Below are positions 53,707-64,000 of a DNA stretch of 64,000 bases, piece by piece; the stretch's first letter is position 1; each line of letters begins with the position of its first letter. The stretch is from Methanomicrobiaceae archaeon. GTDB taxonomy: Archaea; Halobacteriota; Methanomicrobia; Methanomicrobiales; Methanomicrobiaceae. The DNA lies in assembly GCA_016926855.1 (NCBI GenBank), contig JAFGNT010000016.1:14153-78152 (forward strand), given 5' to 3'. The notes under the pieces were generated by a model, which saw nothing but the letters and a program-made list of their open reading frames with translations, did not search any database and had not been told where the DNA came from. Position numbers and translations under genes: made by a program.

Positions 53707-56394
53707 ATGTTTCTCAAAGTTGACAGTGCATATCCGGAAGACCAGGGCGGAGGGAAAGCCCGTCTTGATCCGGACACGATGCTGCAGCTTCGCCTGTCGC
53801 CGGGGGACCTGGCGTATATCGAGGGAAAACGCCGGACGGTGGCCAAAGTCTGGCGAATGATGGTCAGCGACTGGCACCAGGGAAAGATACGCATAGACAA
53901 CTTCACCCGGTCAAATGCCGGAGTCAGTATCGGTGACCGGGTGCGGATAATCCCGGTGGAGGAGACACGGGAGGCGTCCCGGGTGGTGCTCGCTCCCCCG
54001 GAGGACCTGCCCCGGCACCTTCCCATCAACTATAACCATGTCATAAGCCGTCTCATCGATTTTCCCGCAATGAAAAACGATACCGTCCCTATTCAGGCGG
54101 GACTGCCGTTCATGCAGCCGCAACTTGTCGCGTTTAAGGTGGTATCTACTGACCCCGACGATGCGGTCATCATTACAAAAAAGACCAAAATCGAGATCTC
54201 GGAGAAGCCGGAAGCCGGATTCGAAGGGCTCAGGCACATCTCCTATGAGGATATCGGCGGGCTGAAAGACGAGTTGCAGCGGGTGCGTGAAACGATCGAG
54301 CTTCCCATGCGCCACCCTGAACTCTTCAGAAAACTCGGCATCGATCCCCCGAAGGGCGTCCTGCTCTACGGCCCTCCGGGGACCGGAAAGACACTGATCG
54401 CAAAAGCGGTCGCAAACGAAAGTGGCGCGCACTTCATCCCCATCGCGGGACCCGAGGTTATCTCGAAATACTACGGGGAGAGCGAGCAGCGGCTGCGCGA
54501 GATCTTTGAGGAAGCGCAGGAAAACGCGCCTTCGATTATCTTTATCGACGAACTCGACTCGATAGCGCCCCGCCGCGAGGACGTCACCGGCGAGGTTGAA
54601 CGGCGTGTCGTCGCGCAGCTGCTGACGATGATGGACGGGCTCGAGGAACGGGGGCAGGTGGTCGTCATCGGCGCGACAAACAGGCTTGACGCCATCGATC
54701 CGGCGTTGCGGCGGCCGGGACGGTTCGACCGGGAGATTGATATCGGGGTCCCGACTGAGATCGACCGGCGCGAAGTGCTCAGGATCCACACCCGCGGCAT
54801 GCCGCTGGAGGGCGAGGCAAAACTCACGCTGAAGAAAAAAGAGCTGGCTGTAAAAGAGCAGGCCCTGAGACTGCAGACCGATGCACTTGGCGATCTCGAG
54901 GCTGCCATACGGAAAACGGGGAAGAAACTTCCGTCCACGGAAGACGCGGACCGCAGATCCGATCTCGAAGGCACACTCGCACATGACACGGCGCGGCGTG
55001 AACTGCTGGTGCGGGAGGTGGAAGATCTCCGGGCTGACATCGCCGCCGCCGAGGAGGATGTACACCTGCACGAAGAGGAGAATAAACGGAGCCGCGAGAA
55101 GTTCCTCGACGAGTTCGCAGCAAAGACAACCGGTTTCGTGGGCGCCGATCTCGCCGCACTCGCCCGGGAAGGAGCAATGCGGGCGCTTCGCCGGTACCTC
55201 CCGCATCTTGATCTCGATACCGACCAGATACCCGACGAGATCATCGAGTCGATGGAAGTGACAATCAGCGACTTCCGCGAAGCCCTCCGTGAGGTGAACC
55301 CGAGTGCCATGCGGGAAGTATTCCTCGAAGTCAGCCATATCACATGGGAAGAAGTGGGCGGGCTTTCACGCGAAAAGGAGGATGTCCGTGAGGCGGTTGA
55401 ATATCCCCTCACGAGGGCGGACCGGTTTGACAGCCTCGGTATAGAACCGCCGAAAGGTGTGCTCCTGTACGGGCCGCCGGGGACCGGCAAGACGCTGATC
55501 GCAAAGGCGGTCGCGAACGAAAGCGGGGCGAACTTTATTCCGGTGCGTGGCCCCCAGCTCCTCTCGAAGTGGGTGGGGGAAAGCGAGCGTGCGGTGCGCG
55601 AAATATTCCGGAAAGCACGGCAGGTGGCTCCGGCGATCATCTTCTTCGATGAACTCGATTCCCTCGCACCCTCCCGCGGAAGTGCCGGGGACTCCCACGT
55701 GATCGAGAGTGTGGTCAACCAGATCCTTACGGAAATGGACGGAATTCTCGAAATGCGTGGTGTCGTCGTCATGGGCGCCTCCAACAGGCCCGACATCATC
55801 GACCCGGCGCTCCTGCGGGCGGGAAGGTTTGATCGTCTGGTGTACATCCGTGAACCCGATACGGCCGGACGGCGGCATATCCTCGATATCCACACGCGGT
55901 TAATCCCCCTCGAAGGATCGTCGCTCGAAGCGCTGGTGATGCGCCTGGAGGGTGTCGAGGAAAGCAGGATCGAAGAGTGCCTCGGAACGCTGGGAACGGA
56001 CAGGACTGTCGGCCTTGACGAGATTGTGGCGTGCATCGGACCGGCGGGCGACACTGCCGAGGCCCTTTCACGGGGTGCACGCCGCCGCTCTGTTGTTGCG
56101 CTGCTCCGGGAGAGAGGGATCCGCCTTGCCGATCCGGGCCGGGATGCTCTCCTTGACACGATCACCTCCCGGACAGAAGGGTATGTGGGTTCGGATCTTG
56201 CGCTCGTTGCACGCGAGGCCGCGATGTTTGCCATGCGGGAAGGGGCCGAGGTGGTCGGACCCGCCCACTTCGACCATGCGCTCGGAAAGGTCAGGCCCAT
56301 GATGAACGAACGGCTCCGGGAACAGTACAGCAGAATCGAGCAGTATTTCAAGGGTGGCCTGCCCGCACAGGTGCAGCCTCCCGAATACCAGTAA
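53707..56394 (+). CDS. CDC48/VCP-type double-AAA ATPase with insertions in both AAA lid regions
   Basis: A double-psi barrel N-domain is followed by two AAA modules (GPPGTGKT twice; IIFIDELD / IIFFDELD). The ATG at 53707 has AGGTGA upstream. The protein is ~895 aa, against the ~730-760 aa I recall as typical for archaeal CDC48. Confidence 0.9.
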   Translation: MFLKVDSAYPEDQGGGKARLDPDTMLQLRLSPGDLAYIEGKRRTVAKVWRMMVSDWHQGKIRIDNFTRSNAGVSIGDRVRIIPVEETREASRVVLAPPEDLPRHLPINYNHVISRLIDFPAMKNDTVPIQAGLPFMQPQLVAFKVVSTDPDDAVIITKKTKIEISEKPEAGFEGLRHISYEDIGGLKDELQRVRETIELPMRHPELFRKLGIDPPKGVLLYGPPGTGKTLIAKAVANESGAHFIPIAGPEVISKYYGESEQRLREIFEEAQENAPSIIFIDELDSIAPRREDVTGEVERRVVAQLLTMMDGLEERGQVVVIGATNRLDAIDPALRRPGRFDREIDIGVPTEIDRREVLRIHTRGMPLEGEAKLTLKKKELAVKEQALRLQTDALGDLEAAIRKTGKKLPSTEDADRRSDLEGTLAHDTARRELLVREVEDLRADIAAAEEDVHLHEEENKRSREKFLDEFAAKTTGFVGADLAALAREGAMRALRRYLPHLDLDTDQIPDEIIESMEVTISDFREALREVNPSAMREVFLEVSHITWEEVGGLSREKEDVREAVEYPLTRADRFDSLGIEPPKGVLLYGPPGTGKTLIAKAVANESGANFIPVRGPQLLSKWVGESERAVREIFRKARQVAPAIIFFDELDSLAPSRGSAGDSHVIESVVNQILTEMDGILEMRGVVVMGASNRPDIIDPALLRAGRFDRLVYIREPDTAGRRHILDIHTRLIPLEGSSLEALVMRLEGVEESRIEECLGTLGTDRTVGLDEIVACIGPAGDTAEALSRGARRRSVVALLRERGIRLADPGRDALLDTITSRTEGYVGSDLALVAREAAMFAMREGAEVVGPAHFDHALGKVRPMMNERLREQYSRIEQYFKGGLPAQVQPPEYQ

Positions 56395-56500
56395 CACTCT
56401 TTTTTCCCGGCCGGGCACAGGTGGAATAGTATATCCTTCGATGAACACAATAGTACATCACCGAGGCCTGAGGGTCCCGTCCCGTGTCAGGGGAGCCACC

Positions 56501-58051
56501 ATGTCGAACTGCACTACATTTCTCGATGTGAACCGACGGTTCGGTGATAAGACAGCGATAGTACAGCCGACGACCGGCCATTCCTACAGTTACCTTGAGT
56601 TGTATGAAACGGTGAACCGGGTGGGAAACGGCCTTCGGGGAATCGGGATTGTCCCGGGGGAGCGGATCTGCATCCATCTCGACAGCTCACCCGAATACGT
56701 GATCTGCTACCTTGCCGTCTGGCGTATCGGGGCAGTTGCCGTTCCCGTCAATATCGCTCTCACCGAAGAAGAAGTCCGCTATGCGGTGACAAACGCCGCG
56801 GCTGCGGCGATTATAACCGATGCCCGCGGATGCGCGGCGGCAGAACGGATCCGGGCCCGTACACCCTCGCTCAGGCAGATCGTCTGCATGGACACGGGAG
56901 GGTCGACGGAGGCGGTGCCGTGGGATGACCTCCTCGCCGCCCCGCCTGAGCTTCGTGCGAAGTACTGCAGCGGCGATACGGTATGCCAGTTACAGTACAC
57001 GTCGGGGACCACGGGAGACCCGAAAGGGGCGATGCTTACTCATACGAACTGGATGGCGGCACTGGATGCCGAGGGCGACGTCCTGGCCCTGTGCCCGGAC
57101 GACGTGTACCTCGGCATCTACCCGATGGCCCATGTCGGCGTGAGCTGGGGTTTTGCCGCCCTGAAGGCGGGCGCCACGTGGGTTGTCATGGCACGGTTCG
57201 ATCCCGAGGCATACATCCGGCTCGTTCGCGAGAATCATGCGACGGTGGTTGCGTCCATGCCTCCGGTGATCCATTCCCTCTCTCTCTCCCCCCCGGGAAC
57301 GGAGAAGGCATTCGCCGGCACCCGCATCATGATCAGCGGTGGCGGCCCCCTGCACCCGAGCATCTGGAAGACGTTTCACGAGAGGTTCGGAATTCCTGTT
57401 GCAAACGCATACGGGCTCTCCGAGACGATCGTCGTCGGCACCGGGACGGCGATCCGGCCTGAGGATTACGCCACCGCCGAAGATTTCCGGAGTGTGGGGC
57501 ACCCTGTCGGGTACTCGGAAGTGAAGATCGTCGATACGGACGATCCCTCCGTCGAACTCCCGGGCGGAGAGACCGGCGAGATTGCACTCCGGGGGCCGTC
57601 CGTCGCCTCGGGCTACTGGCGGATGCCCGATGAAACGGATGCCGTCTTCCTCCCTGAAGGGTGGTTCCTGACCGGTGATATCGGGTACCTGGATTCACGA
57701 GGGATGCTCGCGATTACCGACCGGAAGAAAGATATGATTGTGATGTCGGGGTGGAAGATCTACCCGACGGAGGTGGAGAAGGTTCTCCTGGAACATCCGA
57801 AAATCCGGGATATTGCAGTCTTCGGCATCCCGGACGAGCACCGCGGCGAAATTCCCGTTGCTGCGGTCGTGCCCGCTGCCGGGGCGGACCTTCTTCACGA
57901 TGAGCTCGTGGAGTACGCCCGCAAACGGCTGGCCGGGTACAAGATCCCCCGAAAAACCGTGATTCTCTGCGACCTGCCCCGGGTCGGTGGCTGGAAACTC
58001 CTGCGGCGTGAGCTCAGGGAGCGGTTCGGGGAGAATGCCCCCCGGAAATAA
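56501..58051 (+). CDS. AMP-dependent synthetase/ligase (acyl-CoA synthetase family)
   Basis: Trimmed to the ATG at 56501, with GGGGAG upstream. The AMP-binding motif is LQYTSGTTGDPKGAMLTH, and later motifs are TGD..Y.D..G and the C-terminal K.PR. Confidence 0.85.
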   Translation: MSNCTTFLDVNRRFGDKTAIVQPTTGHSYSYLELYETVNRVGNGLRGIGIVPGERICIHLDSSPEYVICYLAVWRIGAVAVPVNIALTEEEVRYAVTNAAAAAIITDARGCAAAERIRARTPSLRQIVCMDTGGSTEAVPWDDLLAAPPELRAKYCSGDTVCQLQYTSGTTGDPKGAMLTHTNWMAALDAEGDVLALCPDDVYLGIYPMAHVGVSWGFAALKAGATWVVMARFDPEAYIRLVRENHATVVASMPPVIHSLSLSPPGTEKAFAGTRIMISGGGPLHPSIWKTFHERFGIPVANAYGLSETIVVGTGTAIRPEDYATAEDFRSVGHPVGYSEVKIVDTDDPSVELPGGETGEIALRGPSVASGYWRMPDETDAVFLPEGWFLTGDIGYLDSRGMLAITDRKKDMIVMSGWKIYPTEVEKVLLEHPKIRDIAVFGIPDEHRGEIPVAAVVPAAGADLLHDELVEYARKRLAGYKIPRKTVILCDLPRVGGWKLLRRELRERFGENAPRK

Positions 58052-58121
58052 CGGCTGCCGGTGACCCGGGGACGGCCCTGCAGGCATACCTATTTACGCC
58101 GTCTCGCCAATTTTTTCTCAC

Positions 58122-58730
58122 ATGCCTGAAAACAGGGATAACCAGAGTGAAATACGGGCAAAGCGCTCGACAGGGATTTCGGGGCTCGATTTTCAGCTGG
58201 GCGGGGGCTATCCCGAAGGCACCTCCATTGTCGTCTACGGTTCTCCACTTACCGGCATGGACAGGATGGCGGTTCAGTTCTGGAAGGCCGAGGAAGCCGA
58301 GGGAACGTACCTGATGCTGGATTCAGCGCCTGCTGTGGGGATGATACAACCTTCCGGCTCGGATCCGGGCACCCTCGTCCCGCTCATGCATGGCGACCGC
58401 GTCGTTGTCGATTCTCTCTCGTCAGTCCTTATGGATCACGGCCTCGATGCAGCCCTCCACTGCCTCACGGACGGGGTCGATACGGTCCGGCAGCAGGGCG
58501 GCAACGTCATGTTCCTCCTCTATTCGGGCATCCACACCCCGATGGAAGAGATTCGCATCATCCGTGCCGCGGACATCTTCATGACCCTCACCGAGACGAC
58601 TCACGGCAATGAGATCGAGCGGCGGCTTGCGATCAATAAAATACCGCACATGGACGTCCCGCAGCGGGTATATCCCTATAATGTCATGGAAGAAGGGCTC
58701 GAATTTTCCACGACAGCACGGGTCATATAG
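58122..58730 (+). CDS. KaiC/RecA-like domain protein with degenerate Walker A
   Basis: 202 aa. STGISGLDFQLGGGYPEGTSIVVYGSPLTGMDRMAVQF matches the KaiC-like N-terminal pattern, but GxxGxGK[ST] is replaced by GSPLTGMD. Confidence 0.65.
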   Translation: MPENRDNQSEIRAKRSTGISGLDFQLGGGYPEGTSIVVYGSPLTGMDRMAVQFWKAEEAEGTYLMLDSAPAVGMIQPSGSDPGTLVPLMHGDRVVVDSLSSVLMDHGLDAALHCLTDGVDTVRQQGGNVMFLLYSGIHTPMEEIRIIRAADIFMTLTETTHGNEIERRLAINKIPHMDVPQRVYPYNVMEEGLEFSTTARVI

Positions 58731-58753
58731 AACCATGTGCTTCGCGAGAAAAG

Positions 58754-59878
58754 ATGCTCTACGAAACGGCGACCACCGATAGACTCCTCGATGCGATCGA
58801 TGCCCGTCCTCTCCCGGCGGATCACGTAGCTGTCATTCTGCTCGGCGAAAAGGCTCCCGCCGACATCCCCGCATTGATTTCGGCCCTGAACTCGCGTGAT
58901 ATCCCGTTCATCGGCGGGATATTCCCTGCCGTTATATCGGGGGAGTCGTGTTCCGAAACAGGAGCGATCATCATGCAGCTCCCCTCCCACAGACGCCCGT
59001 TTCTGCTGACTGAAGCAGAAGAGTGTGCGGATGCAGTTCCCGGTGCCCTATCGGAAGAGGGAGGGGGCGGAACCGCTCTTGTCTTTGTTGACGGCCTCTC
59101 AGAAGCAGTTCCTTCTCTCCTCACCCAATGCCTGAACCGTTTCGGTGCCACCTTCAGTTTTATCGGGGCCGGGGCAGGATCGCTCAGCCGGAAAAGGGGG
59201 CCAGCCGTCTTTTGCGGGGAAGGATTTTTCAGGGACGCTGCTGTTGTGGCGCTGATCGATCTCGAATGCCGTCTTAGTATCAGGCACGGGTGGAAACGGA
59301 TAGGTACTCCCCTGGTTGCGACACGCACCGTCGGGAACACTATCCTGGAACTGAACTGGGAGCCGGCACTTGAGGTATACCGTGAGGTTGTCAGAAAACA
59401 TTCGGGAAAAACAATCACTGCCGACAATTTTTTCGCTATCGCCAGAGGGCATCCCTTTGGTATCTATTCCGAGGGGGGCGAGGATATTGTCCGTGACCCG
59501 ATAGCTCTCACGAACGAAGGAGGGCTTGTCTGCGTCGGAAACATTCCGGAAAATGCCGTGCTGCATATTCTTACGGGGTCACCCGAAGCACTTACGGAGG
59601 CGGCAGGCGAAGCGGCATCGGCGGCACTCAGGTATGATGGGGACGCGATCCGCACCGTGCTGGTGATCGACTGCATATCACGCATGCTCTACCTCGGGGA
59701 CGCCTTTGCCGACGAGCTTGCCGCTGTGGGACACAATGTCGAAAAACGGGATCCTGCGCTTATTATGGAGGGTATCCTCTCAATCGGGGAAATCTCCTCT
59801 GGTAACGCCGGGATTTTACATTTTTTCAATAAAACGATTGTAGTGGGTGCGTTGCTTGACAGAAGAAACAAAGACTGA
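58754..59878 (+). CDS. FIST-domain sensory protein
   Basis: 374 aa. The architecture resembles FIST_N/FIST_C (…IPFIGGIFPAVI…, …GIYSEGGEDIVRDP…, …GEISSGN…). The call rests on recalled pattern only. Confidence 0.55.
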   Translation: MLYETATTDRLLDAIDARPLPADHVAVILLGEKAPADIPALISALNSRDIPFIGGIFPAVISGESCSETGAIIMQLPSHRRPFLLTEAEECADAVPGALSEEGGGGTALVFVDGLSEAVPSLLTQCLNRFGATFSFIGAGAGSLSRKRGPAVFCGEGFFRDAAVVALIDLECRLSIRHGWKRIGTPLVATRTVGNTILELNWEPALEVYREVVRKHSGKTITADNFFAIARGHPFGIYSEGGEDIVRDPIALTNEGGLVCVGNIPENAVLHILTGSPEALTEAAGEAASAALRYDGDAIRTVLVIDCISRMLYLGDAFADELAAVGHNVEKRDPALIMEGILSIGEISSGNAGILHFFNKTIVVGALLDRRNKD

Positions 59879-61802
59879 TATTATCAACGATATTTCCGTC
59901 CTGTACGAACTGGCACTCTCAATCGGAAATTCGATCGACCCGAAACAGAACTCCGGGGCCTTTATCAGAACCCTGCTGGAACGGAAAAACTACTCGTTCG
60001 CAGCAGTCTGGATCTCGGACGATATGCTTGGAATATCCGATAAAGGCGGATACTCGCTCTTTTACGCATACCCCGGCTTCCGGGTACACACAAAACACCT
60101 CCCGACGGGCCACCCGTTCTGCTCCCCGGACCGGGATCCGGACCGGCCTGTCATACTATCCTCCGGAACTCCGGGATATTCGGACATCATGCCGGAGGAC
60201 GGCAGTGAAGGGACATGCTTAGTTTACTTTCTCGGCACTTTCGGATTCCTCGTACTTCATCGGCGGACATCCTCGGCCCTGCAAACCCATCGCGATATAA
60301 ACCAGCTCAGAGGCGTCATGGGCAAATTCGCCGTATCGCTCGAAGGCGGCCTTGCTCACAGCCACCTTCTTAAGGAGGAGCAGAAGGAACGGAAACAGGC
60401 GGAAAAGGAGAGGGCTGCCACCGAAACCCTGTACAAAACAATCATGTCCTCGACCGGCACGGCAATGGTCCTCCTCGCCAAGGACACGACCATCACCGGG
60501 ATAAACAAAGAGATGGAACGGTTGTTCGGGTATTCGGAGGAGGAATTAGTCGGGATACGAAAAGGCACAGATTTCATCCACCCGGACGATATTGCCCGGG
60601 TTCTTGAAAACCGGGAAAAACGCCGTACAGAACCGGATTCGGTCAGTAAACAGTATGAAGTGCGGTTCATTCCCCGCTCGGGCAGAGTGAAATACGGCCT
60701 TATGACGATTGGATCAATTCCCGGAACACCGAATACCATCGTCTCCATCATCGATACAACCCAGCGTAAAAAAGCAATAGACTTGCTCGTGAAAAGCGAA
60801 CAAAAATACCGCGATTTTGCCAATTCACTCCCAGAGTTGGTTTTTGAGTGCGATGATACCGGACTGCTTACCTTCATCAATCGTGCCGGATCGGAAATCC
60901 TGGGCTTCCACGACACTGCATGCTTTCATAACATCCTCGACCCCCTCACATTCGCCAGCGAGCAGGATCGAATCCGGGCAATCGAATACTTCCAGCACGT
61001 GATAGAGGGAAGGGAACCCAGGGCAGTCGAATTATCGATCAGGAAAACTGACGGGACCGCCCTCCCGGTCATCGTTCATGCCTCTCCCGTTATCCGTGAG
61101 GGAGGCATTACAGGAGTCCGCGCAGTTGCAACCGATATCTCCACGATCAAACAGATCCAGGAGCGCCTGGAGCATTCTCTTTCTGAGAAGGATGTACTGA
61201 TGAAGGAGCTGCACCACCGCGTCAAGAACAACCTGCAGGTAATATCCGCCCTTATCGCCCTGCAGTCGGACACGATCGATAATGGAGCGGCGAAAACCGC
61301 CCTTTCCAATGCACAGGAACGTATCATGAGCATAGCGATCCTGCACGAAAACCTCTACAAGTCGAAAGATTTTCTCCATATCGACTTCTCTGCCTATATC
61401 GATAATCTCGTCAGCCACCTCTCCTCCGTCTTCGGTACGGAACAGAGAAATGTCAGTATTACCACCCATGTCGGTATCAGGGACCTGACTATCGACACCG
61501 CCATTCCCTGCGGTTTAATCGTGAGTGAAATCGTCTCCAACTCAATGAAGTATGCCTTCCCGGACAACCGGGCGGGGATTATTACCATTAACATCACACG
61601 CGATCCGGAGGGGGTCTGTACGATGATTGTTGCCGATGACGGAGTGGGCTTTACACCGGGTGAACGGGAGGACCACGCACCCTCACTCGGCCTGCACTTG
61701 ATCAGGCTCCTTGCCACGGGCCAGCTTGACGGAACGCTGGATATCGACACCGGGAACGGAGTGACATTTAAAATACAATTTAAAATGAATCATAATTACT
61801 GA
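59847..61802 (+). CDS. multi-PAS sensor histidine kinase (HisKA_2/HWE-like + HATPase_c)
   Basis: Two PAS modules are followed by the H-box ELHHRVKNNLQVISALIALQ and an ATPase domain (DDGVGF...GLGLHLI). The start is non-ATG (GTG at 59847 or TTG at 59856) and overlaps the FIST gene end. Confidence 0.85.
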   Translation: MRCLTEETKTDIINDISVLYELALSIGNSIDPKQNSGAFIRTLLERKNYSFAAVWISDDMLGISDKGGYSLFYAYPGFRVHTKHLPTGHPFCSPDRDPDRPVILSSGTPGYSDIMPEDGSEGTCLVYFLGTFGFLVLHRRTSSALQTHRDINQLRGVMGKFAVSLEGGLAHSHLLKEEQKERKQAEKERAATETLYKTIMSSTGTAMVLLAKDTTITGINKEMERLFGYSEEELVGIRKGTDFIHPDDIARVLENREKRRTEPDSVSKQYEVRFIPRSGRVKYGLMTIGSIPGTPNTIVSIIDTTQRKKAIDLLVKSEQKYRDFANSLPELVFECDDTGLLTFINRAGSEILGFHDTACFHNILDPLTFASEQDRIRAIEYFQHVIEGREPRAVELSIRKTDGTALPVIVHASPVIREGGITGVRAVATDISTIKQIQERLEHSLSEKDVLMKELHHRVKNNLQVISALIALQSDTIDNGAAKTALSNAQERIMSIAILHENLYKSKDFLHIDFSAYIDNLVSHLSSVFGTEQRNVSITTHVGIRDLTIDTAIPCGLIVSEIVSNSMKYAFPDNRAGIITINITRDPEGVCTMIVADDGVGFTPGEREDHAPSLGLHLIRLLATGQLDGTLDIDTGNGVTFKIQFKMNHNY

Positions 61803-61807
61803 TATTC

Positions 61808-62191
61808 ATGACACACGCCACAATTCTCATCGTTGAAGATGATATTATCATCGCAACATTGCTTCAGAGCAGGTTGACAAAACTCGGATTTTCAGTGGCT
61901 CATATCTCTTCAACAGGCGAAGACGCGATAAAGAAGGCGACAGAACTCAAGCCCGATCTGGTTCTGATGGATATCCGCTTAAAAGGAGAGATCGACGGCA
62001 TCCAGGCTACAGAAGCCATCCATGAAAACGAGGATGTTCCGGTGGTCTATATCACATCGCACTCGGATGAAAATACCCTTGAACGGGCAAAAAAGACAAA
62101 ACCCGCGGGATATATCATAAAACCGTTCACTGACGACAACCTGAGGACCACAATCGAAATCGCCATCTATTCGTCCGGAAATACAGAATAA
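61808..62191 (+). CDS. single-domain response regulator (CheY-like receiver)
   Basis: 127 aa, ILIVEDD...DLVLMDIRL...VVYITSH...KP. Confidence 0.9.
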   Translation: MTHATILIVEDDIIIATLLQSRLTKLGFSVAHISSTGEDAIKKATELKPDLVLMDIRLKGEIDGIQATEAIHENEDVPVVYITSHSDENTLERAKKTKPAGYIIKPFTDDNLRTTIEIAIYSSGNTE

Positions 62192-62246
62192 TACACTACT
62201 CCACGGATAGTGCGGACGGGCGTCGGCACCGGGAGTCAGTCACCCC

Positions 62247-64000
62247 ATGAAATTAACAAGCAAGACCCTTATCATTATACTCGCAACTCTTGTTTTCCTG
62301 TTTACCGGACTGTATATCTCGGCAAACATGCTTCTTATCGAAAGCTACAGCACACTCGAGACAAACGATGTCACGGATCACATGGAGCGGGTGATCAATG
62401 CATACAAAGCCGATGTCGATGGCATGCATGCTCATACGACCGACTATGCCTTCTGGGACGACTCTTCCGTGTATATCACGGATCATAATGACGACTATAT
62501 CCAGTCCAACATGGTGCCTTCTATCTTTGATAATCTCGACATCCAGCTGATCCTTTACATCGATACGAAGGGAGACCTCGTCTACGGACGGATGCTGCCG
62601 CCCGGCGGGGATCGCCTGGAACCCATCACTCCGGAAATCAAAGAAAGAATTATGGCCGACCCCCTGCTCTCCTCCCATCCTTCACCCGAATCGTCGGCAC
62701 AGGGTATCGTCCTTGTGCCCGGCCAAGATCCCATCATCGTCGCATCGCGTCCCATTTTAACCTCAAATTGCGAAGGGCCGGTGCTGGGTGCCCTGATCAT
62801 GGGCAAATTCCTCACAACAGCGCAGATCGAGCGGCTGGCAGGCACTACCAACCTCCCGGTTGCAGCTATTTCCCTGGAGAGTGCGGATATCAGTGACGTC
62901 ACGCACACTGCACTTCTTAAGCACAGTATCGCTGTTTTACCCGTGAACCAGACAATAATTACAGGGTATGCCCTCCTCAGCGACATACACAATCAGCCCG
63001 CCCTTGCACTCAAAGTGGATCTCCCCCGGACAATCATGCAACAGGCATATTCGACAATTTCCTACCTCCTCATATCGCTGATCACTATCGGGGGAGTATT
63101 CGGGTTGCTTGCGCTATTCATACTGCGCCAACTGATTCTTGAGCCCATCGGCGAGTTGAACTGGAAGGTCACCTCCATCACCTCGTCCCGTGATTTCAGC
63201 AGGAGAATCGCCGTAAAGGGCAACGACGAGATTGCAGCGTTTGCGGGAAACATCGACAGCATGCTTGCCGAGATCGAGCAGTCGCAAAAAATCCTGCGGG
63301 AAAGCGAGGAGAAATTCCATACACTCGCCGACTCTCTGCCCCAGATTGTTGTTGAAGCGGACAGGGAAGGACGAATCACCTTTATTAATCAGGCGAGCAC
63401 GGATGTTTTCGAAACGCTCAGCGAAGAGGAGAGGAACATCTTCAATCCCGTTTTATATGCCGATGAGACGGAGAGAGAGAAGGTGATCGCATATGCACGA
63501 CAGGTGCTGAACGGTGAAACAACCCGTGCGGCGGAGTTCTCCATGCGAGGGAAAGAAAACCAGCTGATTCCCATGATCGTGCATGCCACACCGGTTGTGC
63601 AGGAAGGGAATGTTGTCGGCCTCCGTGCCATTGCAAGCGACATTTCATCCGTCAAATCGATCCAGAGCGAACTGGAACGCTCCGTCGCCGAGAAAGACAC
63701 GCTGATGAAGGAGTTGCACCACCGTGTCAAGAACAATCTGCAGGTGATCTCCGCGTTGATCTCACTTCAGGAAGAGTATGTCACGGATACGACCGTTCTC
63801 ACCGCGTTGAAGGATGCCCAGAAACGCATTATGAGCATGGCGCTTCTGCACGAGAAGCTCTATCGTTCAGAGGACATGTTCCACCTGGATGTTGCCGGGT
63901 ACATCTCACATCTCGCCGGGCACCTCAGCATGATCTATGAAGCGGAAGCACGGAATGTGGAGATTACCACCGATGTGCACGTCACGGATCTGGATATCGA
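62247..64000 (+). CDS. CHASE4-like/HAMP/PAS sensor histidine kinase, 5' part (continues beyond window end)
   Basis: Not in the ORF track because it has no stop inside the window. My translation from the ATG at 62247 starts MKLTSKTLIIILATLVFLFTGLYI (TM1). An extracytoplasmic domain follows with DYAFWDDSSVYI (CHASE4-like as I recall). Then come TM2, HAMP, a PAS module and the H-box ELHHRVKNNLQVISALISLQ. Confidence 0.8.
   Translation, partial: MKLTSKTLIIILATLVFLFTGLYISANMLLIESYSTLETNDVTDHMERVINAYKADVDGMHAHTTDYAFWDDSSVYITDHNDDYIQSNMVPSIFDNLDIQLILYIDTKGDLVYGRMLPPGGDRLEPITPEIKERIMADPLLSSHPSPESSAQGIVLVPGQDPIIVASRPILTSNCEGPVLGALIMGKFLTTAQIERLAGTTNLPVAAISLESADISDVTHTALLKHSIAVLPVNQTIITGYALLSDIHNQPALALKVDLPRTIMQQAYSTISYLLISLITIGGVFGLLALFILRQLILEPIGELNWKVTSITSSRDFSRRIAVKGNDEIAAFAGNIDSMLAEIEQSQKILRESEEKFHTLADSLPQIVVEADREGRITFINQASTDVFETLSEEERNIFNPVLYADETEREKVIAYARQVLNGETTRAAEFSMRGKENQLIPMIVHATPVVQEGNVVGLRAIASDISSVKSIQSELERSVAEKDTLMKELHHRVKNNLQVISALISLQEEYVTDTTVLTALKDAQKRIMSMALLHEKLYRSEDMFHLDVAGYISHLAGHLSMIYEAEARNVEITTDVHVTDLDI

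Noticed and set aside
53911-56450. Two very long minus-strand ORFs (475 aa and 659 aa)
   Set aside because: Both are antisense to the CDC48 gene. They are Ser/Arg/Pro-rich low-complexity translations with no recognisable motifs.

Overview
High-GC archaeal chromosome segment. Gene content points to a methanogen, probably Methanomicrobiales-like; that placement is inference from content, not from a search. Most of the window is densely packed housekeeping. The minus-strand run thrS, dcd, TrmJ-like methyltransferase, GGGP synthase, topA, gatB, gatA, gatC fills 1-8.8 kb. It is followed by purB, corA, mscS, XPD helicase, ogt, panE, mobA, rlmH, pyrK/pyrD, mdh and family-B DNA polymerase. A cluster of small membrane and redox genes comes next. 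Then comes the conserved methanogenesis-marker/MCR-activation cluster (mmp7-17-15-5-6-3-atwA). The remainder holds ribose-1,5-bisphosphate isomerase with type III RuBisCO, dapF, radB, larC, a CDC48-type AAA ATPase, an acyl-CoA synthetase, and a signalling cluster of KaiC-like, FIST, PAS histidine kinase, receiver and CHASE4 histidine kinase genes. The clear accessory region is a ~10.7 kb integrated plasmid/virus-like element at ~8.8-19.5 kb. It has a tyrosine integrase at one end, an RHH regulator, and an AEP primase-polymerase fusion protein. It also carries a stand-alone Spo11/Topo VI-A-like (Mini-A-type) protein and a chain of translationally coupled small ORFs. The far arm holds AbrB-like and zinc-ribbon proteins of unknown function. 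Other points worth a second look: (1) a ~0.9 kb AT-rich non-coding island (20.9-21.9 kb) with 11-bp phased GATCC repeats, palindromes and a duplicated ~60-nt element; (2) a rhodanese gene broken by an in-frame TAA directly before its catalytic cysteine; (3) a CDC48 homologue with insertions at equivalent positions in both AAA modules; (4) a KaiC-like protein with a degenerate Walker A. I saw no rRNA, tRNA or CRISPR array by eye. Many long ORFs in the track are antisense artefacts of the high GC content. All product calls rest on my own reading of the translations and recalled family motifs; no database search was run.
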